From positions 5,216,001 through 5,280,000 of the forward strand of contig OZ245742.1 of the NCBI GenBank assembly GCA_965227295.1: a stretch of DNA of 64,000 nucleotides, in the 5' to 3' direction. Source of the stretch: Leptonemataceae bacterium. Its GTDB lineage: Bacteria; Spirochaetota; Leptospiria; Leptospirales; Leptonemataceae. Below the pieces are notes generated by a model. It searched no databases. It was given only the letters and a program-made list of their open reading frames with translations, and was not told where the DNA came from. Position numbers and translations under genes: made by a program. Each line of letters starts with the position of its first letter. The first letter of the stretch is position 1. Shown here one piece after another: positions 9,586-19,908 of the stretch.

Positions 9586-11355
9586 TCACCCCGCCGCGGC
9601 CACAGGACCGGCGGCCGGGATCGGGGCGCGCTTCAGTTTACCGCGGTTGCCGTTCAGGATCGCCTCGCTGTCCACGTTGTACTCGAAAGCCAGCTGCAAA
9701 CGAGCGTCTTTCTCTTCGCCGCTTAACTTATGCGCGCTGCGTTCTAAGAGTATGCCGATCAACAACCGCGTCGCCGATTCCACGACCTCGAACGAGAGCT
9801 GCGCTTTGCGATCGGCATCCGGAAGTTCCTTATACAGCGTGACGACCTCCTCGAAGGTCGCGCGCAGTTCATTCAGCAGCTCCGAGGCCGGGAACTCCGC
9901 AAAACGCGCGTTGAAGTAATCGCGCAGATTGCCCTTCGCGGACATCCCCGAAACGATGCCGCCGATGGCCGCGTTCACCTGGATCTGCGTGGTGCCGTCG
10001 TAGATGTTGGTAATGCGCACGTCCCGATACAGCCGCGCGAGATCGTACTCTTCGATGAAACCGGCGCCGCCCAGAACCTGCAGCGCGTCATAAATGACCG
10101 AGTTCGCCGTCTCGGCGATGTAGTACTTCTGCATGGGCGTCAGCGCGTTGGCGAGTTTCTCCCACTGACGAACCCCCGGATCGTTCTTGATCTCACGCTC
10201 GCTCGCGCCGCTTTCTTTAAGGCGAATGGCGCGCCAGTGATAACGATCCACGCTCAGCGACGCCTCGACCATGAGACAACGCATGCCCGCGATTTCACGT
10301 TCCATGCGCCGCAGCATCTTCGCCACGGCCGGAATCTCGATGATGGGCCGGCCGAACTGAATGCGTTCTTCGGCGTACTTGCGCGCCTCGTAGTAGGCCG
10401 CCGTGGCCATGCCCGTTCCCTGGGAACCCACGCTCAGTCGCGCACCGTTCAGCATGCCGATGACGTACTTCGAAAGACCGTGTCCTTCTTCTCCAATGAG
10501 CTGCGCCGGCGCTTTTTCGTAGGCCACCTCACAGGTGGCCGATGCCTTCAGACCGAGTTTCTTTTCAATGCCGGTGATCTCGATGTCCTTGCCTTCTACT
10601 AAAAAGAACGAGAGCCCCCGCGCCCCGCTGTTCGCGTCTCCCGTGCGCGCGAGCACCAACGAAGCGCCCGGAAATTCGTTCACCCCGCAGGCCATGGTCT
10701 GGTAACGTTTGGTGCCGGTGATGTACCACTTGCCGTCGATCTTCTCGGCTTTCGTGCGTACGCTCGGGAGATCCGAACCGAAGTCCGGCTCGCTCAGGCC
10801 CATCGTAACACTGTACTTGTTCTCAATGAGCTTCGGCAGCCACTCCTTGTTCATTTCCTCGCTCGCGTACATCTCCATGATGGCCGCCAGGTTTACACTG
10901 CCCGCGGCGATGGCGAAGGACGTATCCGCGCGGTAGGCGACCTCAAAGGCCAGGGCCTTCACGACGTGGGGCGTCCCCAGGCCCGCGTACTTGCGCTGAA
11001 AGGCCAGGGGATGCAGGCCGGCCTCCTGGATCTTTACGAAAAGATCCACGAACGGCTGCGGATGGCTAACTTTACCATTTTCGAACTTAAGGCCTTCGCT
11101 GTCCATGTCCTGGGCGATTTGAGAGACCTCTTTGCCCATGAGATCGCCGTAGCCTGCGAGGATTTGTTTGTAGTACTCCACGGCTTCTTCCACGGAACGC
11201 GGGGCGTAGGCCAGGCGCTCATCGCCGGTTTCGTCGTAGGCCTGCGCGTCGCGAAAGCCGTCCTCGTAGAGTTCAACCACCTCGTTCCAGTCGATGAACG
11301 TATCGACGTGGTTGCGGAGGTCCGGGTTGTCTTCGTAATAATTGCTGCTGATCAT
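9586..11355 (-). CDS. Acyl-CoA dehydrogenase
   Basis: MGLSEPDFGSD, IEKKLGLKASATCE, ERIQFGRPI, QVLGGAG and RITNIYDGT. Confidence 0.92.
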   Translation of the reverse strand: MISSNYYEDNPDLRNHVDTFIDWNEVVELYEDGFRDAQAYDETGDERLAYAPRSVEEAVEYYKQILAGYGDLMGKEVSQIAQDMDSEGLKFENGKVSHPQPFVDLFVKIQEAGLHPLAFQRKYAGLGTPHVVKALAFEVAYRADTSFAIAAGSVNLAAIMEMYASEEMNKEWLPKLIENKYSVTMGLSEPDFGSDLPSVRTKAEKIDGKWYITGTKRYQTMACGVNEFPGASLVLARTGDANSGARGLSFFLVEGKDIEITGIEKKLGLKASATCEVAYEKAPAQLIGEEGHGLSKYVIGMLNGARLSVGSQGTGMATAAYYEARKYAEERIQFGRPIIEIPAVAKMLRRMEREIAGMRCLMVEASLSVDRYHWRAIRLKESGASEREIKNDPGVRQWEKLANALTPMQKYYIAETANSVIYDALQVLGGAGFIEEYDLARLYRDVRITNIYDGTTQIQVNAAIGGIVSGMSAKGNLRDYFNARFAEFPASELLNELRATFEEVVTLYKELPDADRKAQLSFEVVESATRLLIGILLERSAHKLSGEEKDARLQLAFEYNVDSEAILNGNRGKLKRAPIPAAGPVAAAG

Positions 11356-11442
11356 AGCCTTAAGTATGCACCGGATCCCGGGTAAAAAGCAAGAAAAAGC
11401 GACGCAAAAAACGAAAAAATGCGCCGCACAAAAGTGAACTGA

Positions 11443-11456
11443 CTATAAATTTATAG
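11443..11456. promoter_or_regulatory. Candidate TetR operator (perfect palindrome CTATAAATTTATAG)
   Basis: 14-bp perfect palindrome between the divergent acyl-CoA dehydrogenase and TetR genes. Confidence 0.5.
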
Positions 11457-11487
11457 ACGCATCATCTTTTTCGGCGGACCGTGCGCC

Positions 11488-12093
11488 ATGAGCGGACTGC
11501 GCGAACGGCAAAAGGAAAAACGCCGCAAGGCCATCCTGAAAGCGGCAACCACGCTTTTTCTTCGCAACGGCTTCGACTCCGTGGCGGTGGAAGACATCGC
11601 GGCAAAGGCCGGGCTGAGCACCGGAACGGTCTACAACTACTTCACGAACAAAGCGGAGATCCTGGTAACCATCGCGGCGGTGGACATCGAGGAGTTTCTC
11701 GAAGAGTGCGAAGCCGTCATTGCGAACGGCCGCCTGGCGACGGCCACCGCGGTGCTGCGCATCTATCGTTCGTTTTTCGAATGGTCCCTGGCCCGCTACG
11801 ATCGTTCCCTGGCCCGGCCCATCGCATTTCTTCAGTTAGGCGTGGCCGGTCGTGAACTCGCGTACCTCGAAGGCGTACTGGAACAACCCCTACGCGCGTT
11901 GATTCGCGCCCACCATCGTTCCGGCAAGCTGCGCGCGGACCTGGACCTGGACGCCTGCGCGCGCGTGTTGTTCAATCTCAGCAACTCCGAGTACTACACC
12001 GCCCTCGCCGACGAACGCCGCGGTGTGGACGAAATCCTGCGCCGCCTGGAAACCCAGGTGGCCGCGGTGATTCAGGGCTGGCTGCCAGGTTGA
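11488..12093 (+). CDS. TetR/AcrR family transcriptional regulator
   Basis: GLRERQK...ILKAA..LF...GF..V.VEDIAAKAGLSTGTVYNYFTNK HTH. Confidence 0.92.
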   Translation: MSGLRERQKEKRRKAILKAATTLFLRNGFDSVAVEDIAAKAGLSTGTVYNYFTNKAEILVTIAAVDIEEFLEECEAVIANGRLATATAVLRIYRSFFEWSLARYDRSLARPIAFLQLGVAGRELAYLEGVLEQPLRALIRAHHRSGKLRADLDLDACARVLFNLSNSEYYTALADERRGVDEILRRLETQVAAVIQGWLPG

Positions 12094-12139
12094 ACGCGGC
12101 CCTTGCATTTTCCGAAGATTGTCTTCGTCTAATCCAAAC

Positions 12140-12661
12140 ATGAGCGCGCATCATCTGACTTACTTCGAAACGAAAGCGACCGAGGACGGACTCGTGCATT
12201 CTTTTCAGCAGACGTTGCGCGAAGACTACGTCGCCCGGGCCCTGCAAGTTTTTACGGACGGCGATCAAATCGTGCGCAGCGTGCACGTCAACTCCGCCGA
12301 CCTCGGAACCGCACGCTGGCATCGCGAAAAGGGGCTCGTCCATTGCCGCGCGTGGGAACGCCCGGAACAGTCGTCGGGTTTCGCCCATCATTACACCGCC
12401 GCCCTTGACGGTAAAGAGAGCGATGCCGCGTACGCCGCGACGATTCTGGAAGATTGTCTCAAGCGCCTCGCCGACCGCGAGCTGGCGGCGCGCCTGCAAA
12501 CCTTCTGCGAGGTGCCGGGATCAACCATCGAGTACGCCTACGAGGCGGATCGCCGGCACATCGAACACGTACGGCCCCTGAGTACGGAGGAGACCGGGCC
12601 GCCCGCCGGGAAACGACTGCACTTCGATGCGGAGACCGGGCAGTTTTACGTCAGCGAGTAA
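12140..12661 (+). CDS. Hypothetical protein
   Basis: About 173 aa, fills the intergenic space with coding-like composition. No recognised motif. Confidence 0.6.
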   Translation: MSAHHLTYFETKATEDGLVHSFQQTLREDYVARALQVFTDGDQIVRSVHVNSADLGTARWHREKGLVHCRAWERPEQSSGFAHHYTAALDGKESDAAYAATILEDCLKRLADRELAARLQTFCEVPGSTIEYAYEADRRHIEHVRPLSTEETGPPAGKRLHFDAETGQFYVSE

Positions 12662-12723
12662 GACCACCGATCGCCGGCGCGCATCGTGCTTGCCTTCGCG
12701 TCGAAAAAATCCGAAGATAGCCT

Positions 12724-13608
12724 ATGCAGATTTTTCAGCGCAGCTTCGTTTACTTCCTCACGATCGGCCTCACCATGTTCGCGGCGCATCTCGCGGCCCA
12801 GGACATGAACAACCCCGGCGAGATCGACACCATGCTCGATCAAATGGAGCAGCAGCTCGACAATCCCGAAGGATTCATCTTTCCCACGGAAAATCCTTCC
12901 GGTGACAAAACGAACGATGACGTCAACCCGTCTCTGAACGAATCCAACATCGACAAACGTCCCGAGGATCGCGTGCGGCCGGAGAACATCGTGCGTGCCG
13001 GCTCCGTGCGCCTGGACGTCCCGCTGGTGGAACAACAGCTCGGCCCGGTCTGCGGCCCGGCGGCGATGGAGATGGTGCTGCGTTACTACGGCGAGTACAG
13101 TCACGATCAATACGAACTCGCCCGGGCGCTGACGATGAAGTTCGCCACGGAAAAACGCTATCGCCGTTTCGCCGAAAAGATCCACCGCAAGGACCCGCGG
13201 GTGATTCCGTGGCAAGAGTATCCGGGCACGGGCACCTACTACATGCGCGAGTTCCTGGAAGGCCTCGGTCTGTCCGTGGAAAACAAACGCATCCAGCGCA
13301 TGCCGGCGGATCCCTACCAGGCCCGACTCAAGCGCGAAGAGTTTTTCGAGAATCTGATTCAGCACTTACACGCGGAACGGCCGGTCATCGTACACCAGTA
13401 CTGGAAAAAGAAATCGTCCTCCATGCACTATCGCGTGGTGACGGGATACGATCTCAAAAAACGGCGGGTCTATCTCAACGATCCGAAACTGGGGCGCATT
13501 GAACAGCCCTTTGGTGATTTTTTCGCATTGTGGAATGTGAAAGAGGAATGGTTGCAGTACAACAGCATCGTCGTGAAGGGCGAAAAGGGACTCAAGGTAA
13601 AGTTGTAG
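12724..13608 (+). CDS. Secreted C39-like (papain-fold) peptidase
   Basis: Signal peptide, QQLGPVCGPAAMEMVL (Q..C), HYRVVTGYD and YLNDP. Confidence 0.8.
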   Translation: MQIFQRSFVYFLTIGLTMFAAHLAAQDMNNPGEIDTMLDQMEQQLDNPEGFIFPTENPSGDKTNDDVNPSLNESNIDKRPEDRVRPENIVRAGSVRLDVPLVEQQLGPVCGPAAMEMVLRYYGEYSHDQYELARALTMKFATEKRYRRFAEKIHRKDPRVIPWQEYPGTGTYYMREFLEGLGLSVENKRIQRMPADPYQARLKREEFFENLIQHLHAERPVIVHQYWKKKSSSMHYRVVTGYDLKKRRVYLNDPKLGRIEQPFGDFFALWNVKEEWLQYNSIVVKGEKGLKVKL

Positions 13609-13707
13609 GATGATGCAACCGGTTTACACTTCGAGCGATTTCCTGCTGGCCTCCGGGCCCGGGCACCTTTACTTTAGAAGAAACTCCCGAACAAACGCAG
13701 GCCGATC

Positions 13708-14670
13708 ATGCAGCAACCCCGTCCCATCATCCCCACACGCAGTCTGTCCCTTCTCTTCGCGCTAATCTTCTCCGGAATCATGTTAGCCTGCGGCGAGAAA
13801 CACACCGCCGTCGCCGCGGCTCCCTCTCCGCTGGAAAATGAGGACTTTCGCAAGTACTGGTTCTCCGGCGAGGCGGAGCTGAATCGTTACCGGCTCTCCC
13901 AGGCACGCTACGGCGAGTTGCATCAGGGCGAAGCCGTGCTCATTTTTGTGACCGAGGAGTTTCTCCCGAAGGAACAGGTGAAGTACGAGGGCGGCCCGCC
14001 CCGCGGTAAACTCCCGGTGCTCAAGCTCAACTTCACGAAGAAATTCTACACCGGCGTATACCCGTACTCGATCATGTCATCGATCTTCACACCGGCGGAT
14101 ACATCCACTCACAACCGCAGCATGAAGATCACGACGTCGGCCCAGGAATGGTGCGGCCACGTCTACACGCAGTACAATCTGCGCGGCGATCAGTACGAAA
14201 TCAAATCGCACTCCTACTTCATGAACGAGGCCGACCAGGAGTTCGAACTGGGCGCGGCCGATCCCCTCGAAGACGACGTATGGACTCGCCTGCGCCTGGC
14301 GCCGGAATCCCTGCCGGGCACGGAAACCCGCAAAGAAATCCGCATGGTGCCGGGCACGCAGTATCTGCGCCTGCGCCATCGCGAGCCGGCACCGGAACGC
14401 GCCGTGGTCGAACTCAAGCGGGGCGCGCCGTCGCATACGTACGTAATCGAGTACCCGGAGCTGAACCGACGACTCGCCATCGAGTTCGAGGCGGATTTTC
14501 CCCACGCGATCCTGGGCTGGACGGAAAGCCATACGAGCGGCTTCGGCGCATCGGCGACGACGTTGACGACCACGGCCGAACGCACGCACGTCCTGCGTCT
14601 GGACTACTGGAACAAGAACGGCAACGCCGACGCGAAGTACCGCGAACGCCTGGGCCTGACGGAACGATAG
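13708..14670 (+). CDS. Conserved hypothetical lipoprotein
   Basis: Lipobox-like MLAC. Conserved-looking blocks YWFSGEAEL, QARYGELHQGEAVLIFVTE and SAQEWCGH. Confidence 0.7.
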   Translation: MQQPRPIIPTRSLSLLFALIFSGIMLACGEKHTAVAAAPSPLENEDFRKYWFSGEAELNRYRLSQARYGELHQGEAVLIFVTEEFLPKEQVKYEGGPPRGKLPVLKLNFTKKFYTGVYPYSIMSSIFTPADTSTHNRSMKITTSAQEWCGHVYTQYNLRGDQYEIKSHSYFMNEADQEFELGAADPLEDDVWTRLRLAPESLPGTETRKEIRMVPGTQYLRLRHREPAPERAVVELKRGAPSHTYVIEYPELNRRLAIEFEADFPHAILGWTESHTSGFGASATTLTTTAERTHVLRLDYWNKNGNADAKYRERLGLTER

Positions 14671-14725
14671 CCGCTTCCGCGGCTTCGCCGAGAGCAGCCG
14701 CCCGCTAAGATCACACCGGAGAAAG

Positions 14726-15778
14726 TTAGATCAAACCGGCGGCGTCCATCTGGGCCACATGTTCGCAGATGGTGTCGGGGATGGAACGATACTCAACGCC
14801 TAAATCCTCGCGACTGCGCGTGTTATCGAGGTCGTAGTTCACACCGAGGTTCTTGCTCAGAAAACTCCACGATAAACCCAGGAAAGGGCCGACGAGATAG
14901 ACAATGGGCGCCGGCAGATAGCCGCCCGGCGTGGGATATTTTTTTCCGAAGCGGTCGCCGATCATCTTACCGAGTTCGAGCAGCGGCTTCGTATCGGCGC
15001 AGAGGATGTGCCGGCCGGCGGCCTCGGGCGTAAGCCCTGCCAGGATGTGCGCACGGGCGACGTCGCGTACGTCCACGATGCCGAAGTGCAGACGCGGCAC
15101 GCCGAACTTCATTTCCCCGCTCACCAGCCGGCGCATAAACTGCACGCTCGTGCCGTCCATGCGTTCGGAGAGTGACGGCCCGAGGACAAAGGCCGGATTG
15201 ATGGTGACCAGGTCCCAGCGATCCTGGGCGTCGGCAATCTTCCAGGCCTCGCGTTCGGCCAGGGTCTTCGAGTATTGATAGGGCTGATGATCGACGCTGG
15301 AAGATTCGTTCCAGTCTTCTTCGGTCATGGTTTGATTTTCGTGTTTGCGCGCGTCCACGTTGTCACCCATGATCGCGGCGACGCTTGAGGTAAGCACGAT
15401 GCGTTTCACGGACGGTGTGCGGTTCGCGCCTTCCAGAACGCTGCGCGTACCGTTTACCGCGGGATCGACGAGTTCCCGTTTTGCATCTTTGAAACCGGAA
15501 ATGAAAAACGGTGACGCCGTGTGGATGACCAGTTCGCAATCGCGCATGGCGGTGTCGAAGGAACCGTTGGTGTTGAGATCGGCCTCAAAGAGTTCCAGAC
15601 GGCCCTCGTGTTTGTCGGCGAGCATCATGAGATGACCGACCTTCGTGGCGTCGTTGCGATCCCGAACGCTGGCGCGCACGGACAACCCGTCTTCGAGCAG
15701 ATACTTCACGATCCAGGAAGCGATGTATCCGGCGCCTCCGGTGACCAGGACGGGCTTGTTACGATCGATTTCGGTCAT
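14726..15778 (-). CDS. NAD-dependent epimerase/dehydratase (aldehyde reductase/DFR-like)
   Basis: VLVTGGAGYIA, HTASP, TSSVAA and YQYSK. Confidence 0.9.
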   Translation of the reverse strand: MTEIDRNKPVLVTGGAGYIASWIVKYLLEDGLSVRASVRDRNDATKVGHLMMLADKHEGRLELFEADLNTNGSFDTAMRDCELVIHTASPFFISGFKDAKRELVDPAVNGTRSVLEGANRTPSVKRIVLTSSVAAIMGDNVDARKHENQTMTEEDWNESSSVDHQPYQYSKTLAEREAWKIADAQDRWDLVTINPAFVLGPSLSERMDGTSVQFMRRLVSGEMKFGVPRLHFGIVDVRDVARAHILAGLTPEAAGRHILCADTKPLLELGKMIGDRFGKKYPTPGGYLPAPIVYLVGPFLGLSWSFLSKNLGVNYDLDNTRSREDLGVEYRSIPDTICEHVAQMDAAGLI

Positions 15779-15820
15779 AGATATACTGAAGTAAAATTTT
15801 CGCGAAATTCACGCCAGTAT

Positions 15821-15950
15821 TTTCACTCCGCGGACCGAGGTACCGAAGCAAGAAAAGACGCGAAGCCCGATAAAAGAGCCGTTCACAGCCCGACAACGCT
15901 CATCGTACGCAACCCCTCCCCGAAAACCCCGGCCCCTCGGTCCTCGGAGT
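15821..15950. repeat. Inverted pair of R2 motifs (REPIN-like)
   Basis: ACTCCGCGGACCGAGG at 15825-15840 and CCTCGGTCCTCGGAGT at 15935-15950. Confidence 0.7.
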
Positions 15951-15955
15951 AGAAT

Positions 15956-16816
15956 TTATTCCAACGTTATGTCCAATAACTCGCCTCGTTCTTCGAAAAC
16001 CGACGGCAACTCCGGCATGTCTTCGTCGGTCCAGAGCCAGCCGCCGAGGACGTTGACGATGGGGGCCGACGTGCCCGCGAGTGCGAACTTTACGCCGTTC
16101 ACAATGTCTGCCGGCTCCGTGGGCCGAAAGGGGCTGTCCGCGACGTGGCGATAGCTGTCCTCTTCGAATCGATAGTTTTTCTGATAAAAATAATCCAGAA
16201 ATGATTTTTGATCCGAGGCCTTCCACTCCTCGTACATGCGAACCATCTCCGGATACTTCCCGCGCATGGCGTTCCGCTGTACGAGGAGTGCGATGCCGCG
16301 CACGCTGTTGCTCGGGAACATGCCGAAGCGAACGGCCTTGAGTTTGTCTTTGCGCGCGATGGTCAGTCTTTCGGTGGCGATCTTAATAAACGACATGGCA
16401 CCGTAGACCACCAGCAACGGCTGCATGGTAATGAATCCGCTGAACCAGAGCGTGAGTTGCGGATCGAGTAAATCCATCATGCGCAGCATGGGCCGCACGC
16501 AGTAATCGGCCGCGGCCTCGACCTGTTCGCGGGTGGCGAGGCGCGCCGGCAGACCCACCTCGCCCCGGGCCGGAATGTAGATCAGCGCTTCGACCGCCGC
16601 GTCACCGGCAACGGCCTTCACGCCGTCGCGCAATTTCTCCGGTGCCGCCGCATCGTCGAGATCGATGCCCGGCACGGTATGATCCGCGCCTTTGGTCTCA
16701 CGCTCCCCCGACGTCGTACTGATGATGCGCGCCTTCGCTTCGATTTCCCGAATCGCTTGGATGGAACACTGCCCCGAGTAACTGCTGCCGCTGACGATCA
16801 CATAGGTCTTTGCCAT
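15956..16816 (-). CDS. Hypothetical protein with SDR/Rossmann-like N-terminus
   Basis: MAKTYVIVSGSSYSG and YGAMSFIK (YxxxxxxK, as in enoyl-reductase-like SDRs). Confidence 0.6.
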   Translation of the reverse strand: MAKTYVIVSGSSYSGQCSIQAIREIEAKARIISTTSGERETKGADHTVPGIDLDDAAAPEKLRDGVKAVAGDAAVEALIYIPARGEVGLPARLATREQVEAAADYCVRPMLRMMDLLDPQLTLWFSGFITMQPLLVVYGAMSFIKIATERLTIARKDKLKAVRFGMFPSNSVRGIALLVQRNAMRGKYPEMVRMYEEWKASDQKSFLDYFYQKNYRFEEDSYRHVADSPFRPTEPADIVNGVKFALAGTSAPIVNVLGGWLWTDEDMPELPSVFEERGELLDITLE

Positions 16817-16945
16817 GCGCCACGTTGTGTTCGTTGACTCAAATGTCAACGAAACTCGGACGCCCCCGAACCAATGAGTCGTAGATTTCACTCTGATTCG
16901 GGAAGGCTCAGATTGACACAACCGGAGCCCGAAGCAATTTACGAT

Positions 16946-17923
16946 ATGATCCGCCGCATCGTACTGACACTGCTCATCATCGTACTCATCCTCGGGATCC
17001 CCTACTACGCCTGCAACGGCGAACGGCGGCCCATGGACGCGGCGGCCCGGGTCGCGGCCCCGGGTAAATTCGCGACGTTGAGCGGCGGGCTAACGCATTA
17101 CCAGGACTCCGCGGATCACGATCAGGGACGGCCCGTGGGCGCGGCCGACACCGGCGAAACCGTGATCCTGGTCCACGGCTTCTCCATGCCCATGTTTATG
17201 TGGGAGGATCTCTACAAACAGTTAGTGAACGCAGGTTACCGGGTGGTCCGCTACGATCTCTACGGTCGCGGTTACTCGGATCGGCCGGACGTCGAGTACA
17301 ACCCGCAATTGTTTCAGACGCAACTGCACGACCTACGTCGACACCTGGGCCTCGGGCGCGTGCACCTGGCCGGCATATCCATGGGCGGGGCCATTGTAAC
17401 CCACTACGCGGCGCAGGACTTGAAACGCCCGGCGCAGGAACGCATCGTACAATCGCTCACGCTCATGGCGCCGTTCAGTTATCCGCTGGAACTCCCGCTC
17501 ACGGCCCGATTGCTTGAGGTCCCCTACGTCGGCCACTATGTCATGACGGTGCTCGGTGACCGCAGCCTCAAGGGACGTCTGGCCGCCAACGTCGCGCACC
17601 CGGAAGATCATCGCGATATCCTCGCGTTGTACCAAGATCAAATGCAGTTCTTCGGATTCAAACGCGCGCTGCGTTCCACGACTCTGCACATGATCGGTCA
17701 CGATGTGATTCCGTACTACGAGGCGGTGGGCCAGAGCGATTTGCCGGTGTTGTTGATCTGGGGCGAGGAGGACCAGGTGGTCCCGTTCGCCATGTCGGAA
17801 AAGTTGAGGCGTGTGCTGCCGAACGCGGAGTTTCAGGCGCTGGAGGACACGGGCCACCTGCCGCCGGTGGAACGGCCCCGGGCATGCGCGCGGTGGATGC
17901 GCGAGTTTCTGCGGGGGGAGTAG
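16946..17923 (+). CDS. Alpha/beta hydrolase
   Basis: LVHGFS, YDLYGRGYS, GISMGG nucleophile, WGEEDQVV and TGHL, with an N-terminal anchor. Confidence 0.9.
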   Translation: MIRRIVLTLLIIVLILGIPYYACNGERRPMDAAARVAAPGKFATLSGGLTHYQDSADHDQGRPVGAADTGETVILVHGFSMPMFMWEDLYKQLVNAGYRVVRYDLYGRGYSDRPDVEYNPQLFQTQLHDLRRHLGLGRVHLAGISMGGAIVTHYAAQDLKRPAQERIVQSLTLMAPFSYPLELPLTARLLEVPYVGHYVMTVLGDRSLKGRLAANVAHPEDHRDILALYQDQMQFFGFKRALRSTTLHMIGHDVIPYYEAVGQSDLPVLLIWGEEDQVVPFAMSEKLRRVLPNAEFQALEDTGHLPPVERPRACARWMREFLRGE

Positions 17924-17924
17924 G

Positions 17925-18102
17925 TTTGACTCCGAGGACCGAGGGGCCGAGGGGAAGATGGGAGGGTTATCGTAGTGTGCATGCGTGCAGGCTAAGAATG
18001 TTCTTTGAGAATGTTAGTCCACAGCATTCATAGCCGCACCGCCTTCACCCCCGCGGTCTGCCTCTCCGAAAAAACCTCGTTTCCTCGGTCCTCGGAGTCA
18101 AA
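17925..18102. repeat. Perfect 20-bp inverted pair of R2 motifs (REPIN/MITE-like) between convergent genes
   Basis: TTTGACTCCGAGGACCGAGG (17925-17944) and CCTCGGTCCTCGGAGTCAAA (18083-18102). Confidence 0.8.
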
Positions 18103-18108
18103 AAAATC

Positions 18109-19128
18109 TCACAACCCGCCGTCCCACAGATACATCGGTAAACCCGACATCTGCGCGAGCGTCATGAGCTTTTGTTCGATGGAAATGGGCCGCGCGATGC
18201 CGGCGTTGTAGAGGTTCGGTTCCGGCGGAATCGCGGGGCCCGGCAGGTACGCGACGACACGGACAGCGGACCAACCGCGCTGGTTGCGAATGTATTCGAG
18301 ATACTCTTCAATGTAACCGGTGCTGTCAATGAGCTTCGCGGCCTCGGCCTGGCCGGCGTCGAGCACACGACCGTCGGCGATGGCCCGCAGTTCGAGAGTG
18401 GAGATGCGATCCCCGCGGCCGGTTTCAATCACTTTGAGAAAGCGCTGATAGGCGCTGTCGATTTGTTTCTCGAAGAGCGCGCGTTCCTCCGGGCTCAGCT
18501 CCGTGAACATCGACAACGCATCTTTGAACTTACCGGACTTGATGCCGCGATACTCGACACCGATCTTTTCCATTAAACCGGTCAGGCCGAACGTGCGAAT
18601 GATGACACCGATGCTGCCCACGATGGCCTGGGGCCGCGCGTTCACGCGCTCCGCCGCCATGGCGACGTAGTAGCCGCCGGACGCGCCGACGTCGGCGATG
18701 TGCGCGTAGACCGGCGTGTTGGTCCGCTTGCCGTAGTCATCGAGCATGGTGTAGATGAGATCCGAAGACGACACGCCGCCGCCGGGGCTGTCGATGCGCA
18801 GCAGGATGGCGCGCGTATTGGAATTCTCTTCGGCGCGTTCCAGTACGCGCTGCACGTAGTCCGGCGTCGTAACCTCGCCCGGCAAGAATCCGCCGCGACC
18901 GATGACGCCGCTGATGGGAATCATGACGATGGTCGGATCGCTGCTTGCGGACGTGCCGAGGCAGCTCTCCCCGGCGCCCTCGTCCCCGTAGAGCAGGACC
19001 TCTTCCAATTCGCCGTCCTCCGAACCGAAGGGCGACAGGCTGACGTTGACGCGGTTGAAGCAGCCGGGCAGCGCGAGCGCGGCGAACAACGCGAGGGTAA
19101 GTGTGATGCGATGATTCCAGATGGGCAT
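18109..19128 (-). CDS. sppA: Signal peptide peptidase SppA (S49), lipoprotein
   Basis: LRIDSPGG, GASGGYYVA, GSIGV and KSGKFKD, with lipobox LPGC. Confidence 0.9.
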   Translation of the reverse strand: MPIWNHRITLTLALFAALALPGCFNRVNVSLSPFGSEDGELEEVLLYGDEGAGESCLGTSASSDPTIVMIPISGVIGRGGFLPGEVTTPDYVQRVLERAEENSNTRAILLRIDSPGGGVSSSDLIYTMLDDYGKRTNTPVYAHIADVGASGGYYVAMAAERVNARPQAIVGSIGVIIRTFGLTGLMEKIGVEYRGIKSGKFKDALSMFTELSPEERALFEKQIDSAYQRFLKVIETGRGDRISTLELRAIADGRVLDAGQAEAAKLIDSTGYIEEYLEYIRNQRGWSAVRVVAYLPGPAIPPEPNLYNAGIARPISIEQKLMTLAQMSGLPMYLWDGGL

Positions 19129-19271
19129 GCGTTCTGGAAATCGCCTGGGGCTTGCAGGTCAACGCAAAAAAGGACGGGCCTGCCGTGTGCACGACAGGAT
19201 GAGCAGGATGTTTGTGATCCTGCACAACCTGTAGGCCGCGAAGCGGCCGCAGTCCGTCTACTTCAGATGCC

Positions 19272-19511
19272 TTATTGAGCGGCGGGAGATTCGAGGGTTT
19301 CTTCGATTTTGTCCGTGTCGGCGGGAGAATCTTCGTGATTCAACACGGGAATGAGATCGGAAAGATCCGCGATGTCGTCCATTACGTCGGTCTCGACATG
19401 CTCTTTCTCCTCTTTGCGCTCCGCGCGGCGAGCCAGCTTTTCCTGGCGCTTGGCCTTTTTATTCTTCTCGCGGTTGCGTTTTTCGATGGTCTGACGTCCT
19501 GGTCTGGCCAT
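19272..19511 (-). CDS. Small protein with basic N-terminus and acidic C-terminus
   Basis: 79 aa (MARPGRQTIEKRNREK...), with a GGGAGGAAAG RBS upstream on the minus strand. Confidence 0.7.
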   Translation of the reverse strand: MARPGRQTIEKRNREKNKKAKRQEKLARRAERKEEKEHVETDVMDDIADLSDLIPVLNHEDSPADTDKIEETLESPAAQ

Positions 19512-19908
19512 AATCTTTCCTCCCGTGTTTTATTTGCTTAGTTGTTTCAAATTATGACATAGGCATAAATCCGTGCTCGTTCAGAGAGTACGTGCCGAAA
19601 CTCGGCCGCGACTGGCTCCTGCGCCGTGAGCGAACGCTGTTGTGCGATGCGTCGAAGAACCGTGATGAGAACGCGCGGGGCGTTTTAGTATGATCCGGTG
19701 AAGAACTTCGGCGGAAGGCGATGCTGTCAAAGTACGCAGCCCTCCTGAGATTGCAAGGATTTTGCCAGCAGGACATAATCTAACGGAAAAATTTACCCTT
19801 TTTGGTGCTTTTCCGGGTCCCTTTAGCACTTGATCCTGTGCCTCTATAGTTGCACTATGCGACATAATTCAAGGAAATACGGTCGCTATTCGGGACGGGG
19901 CCATATCC

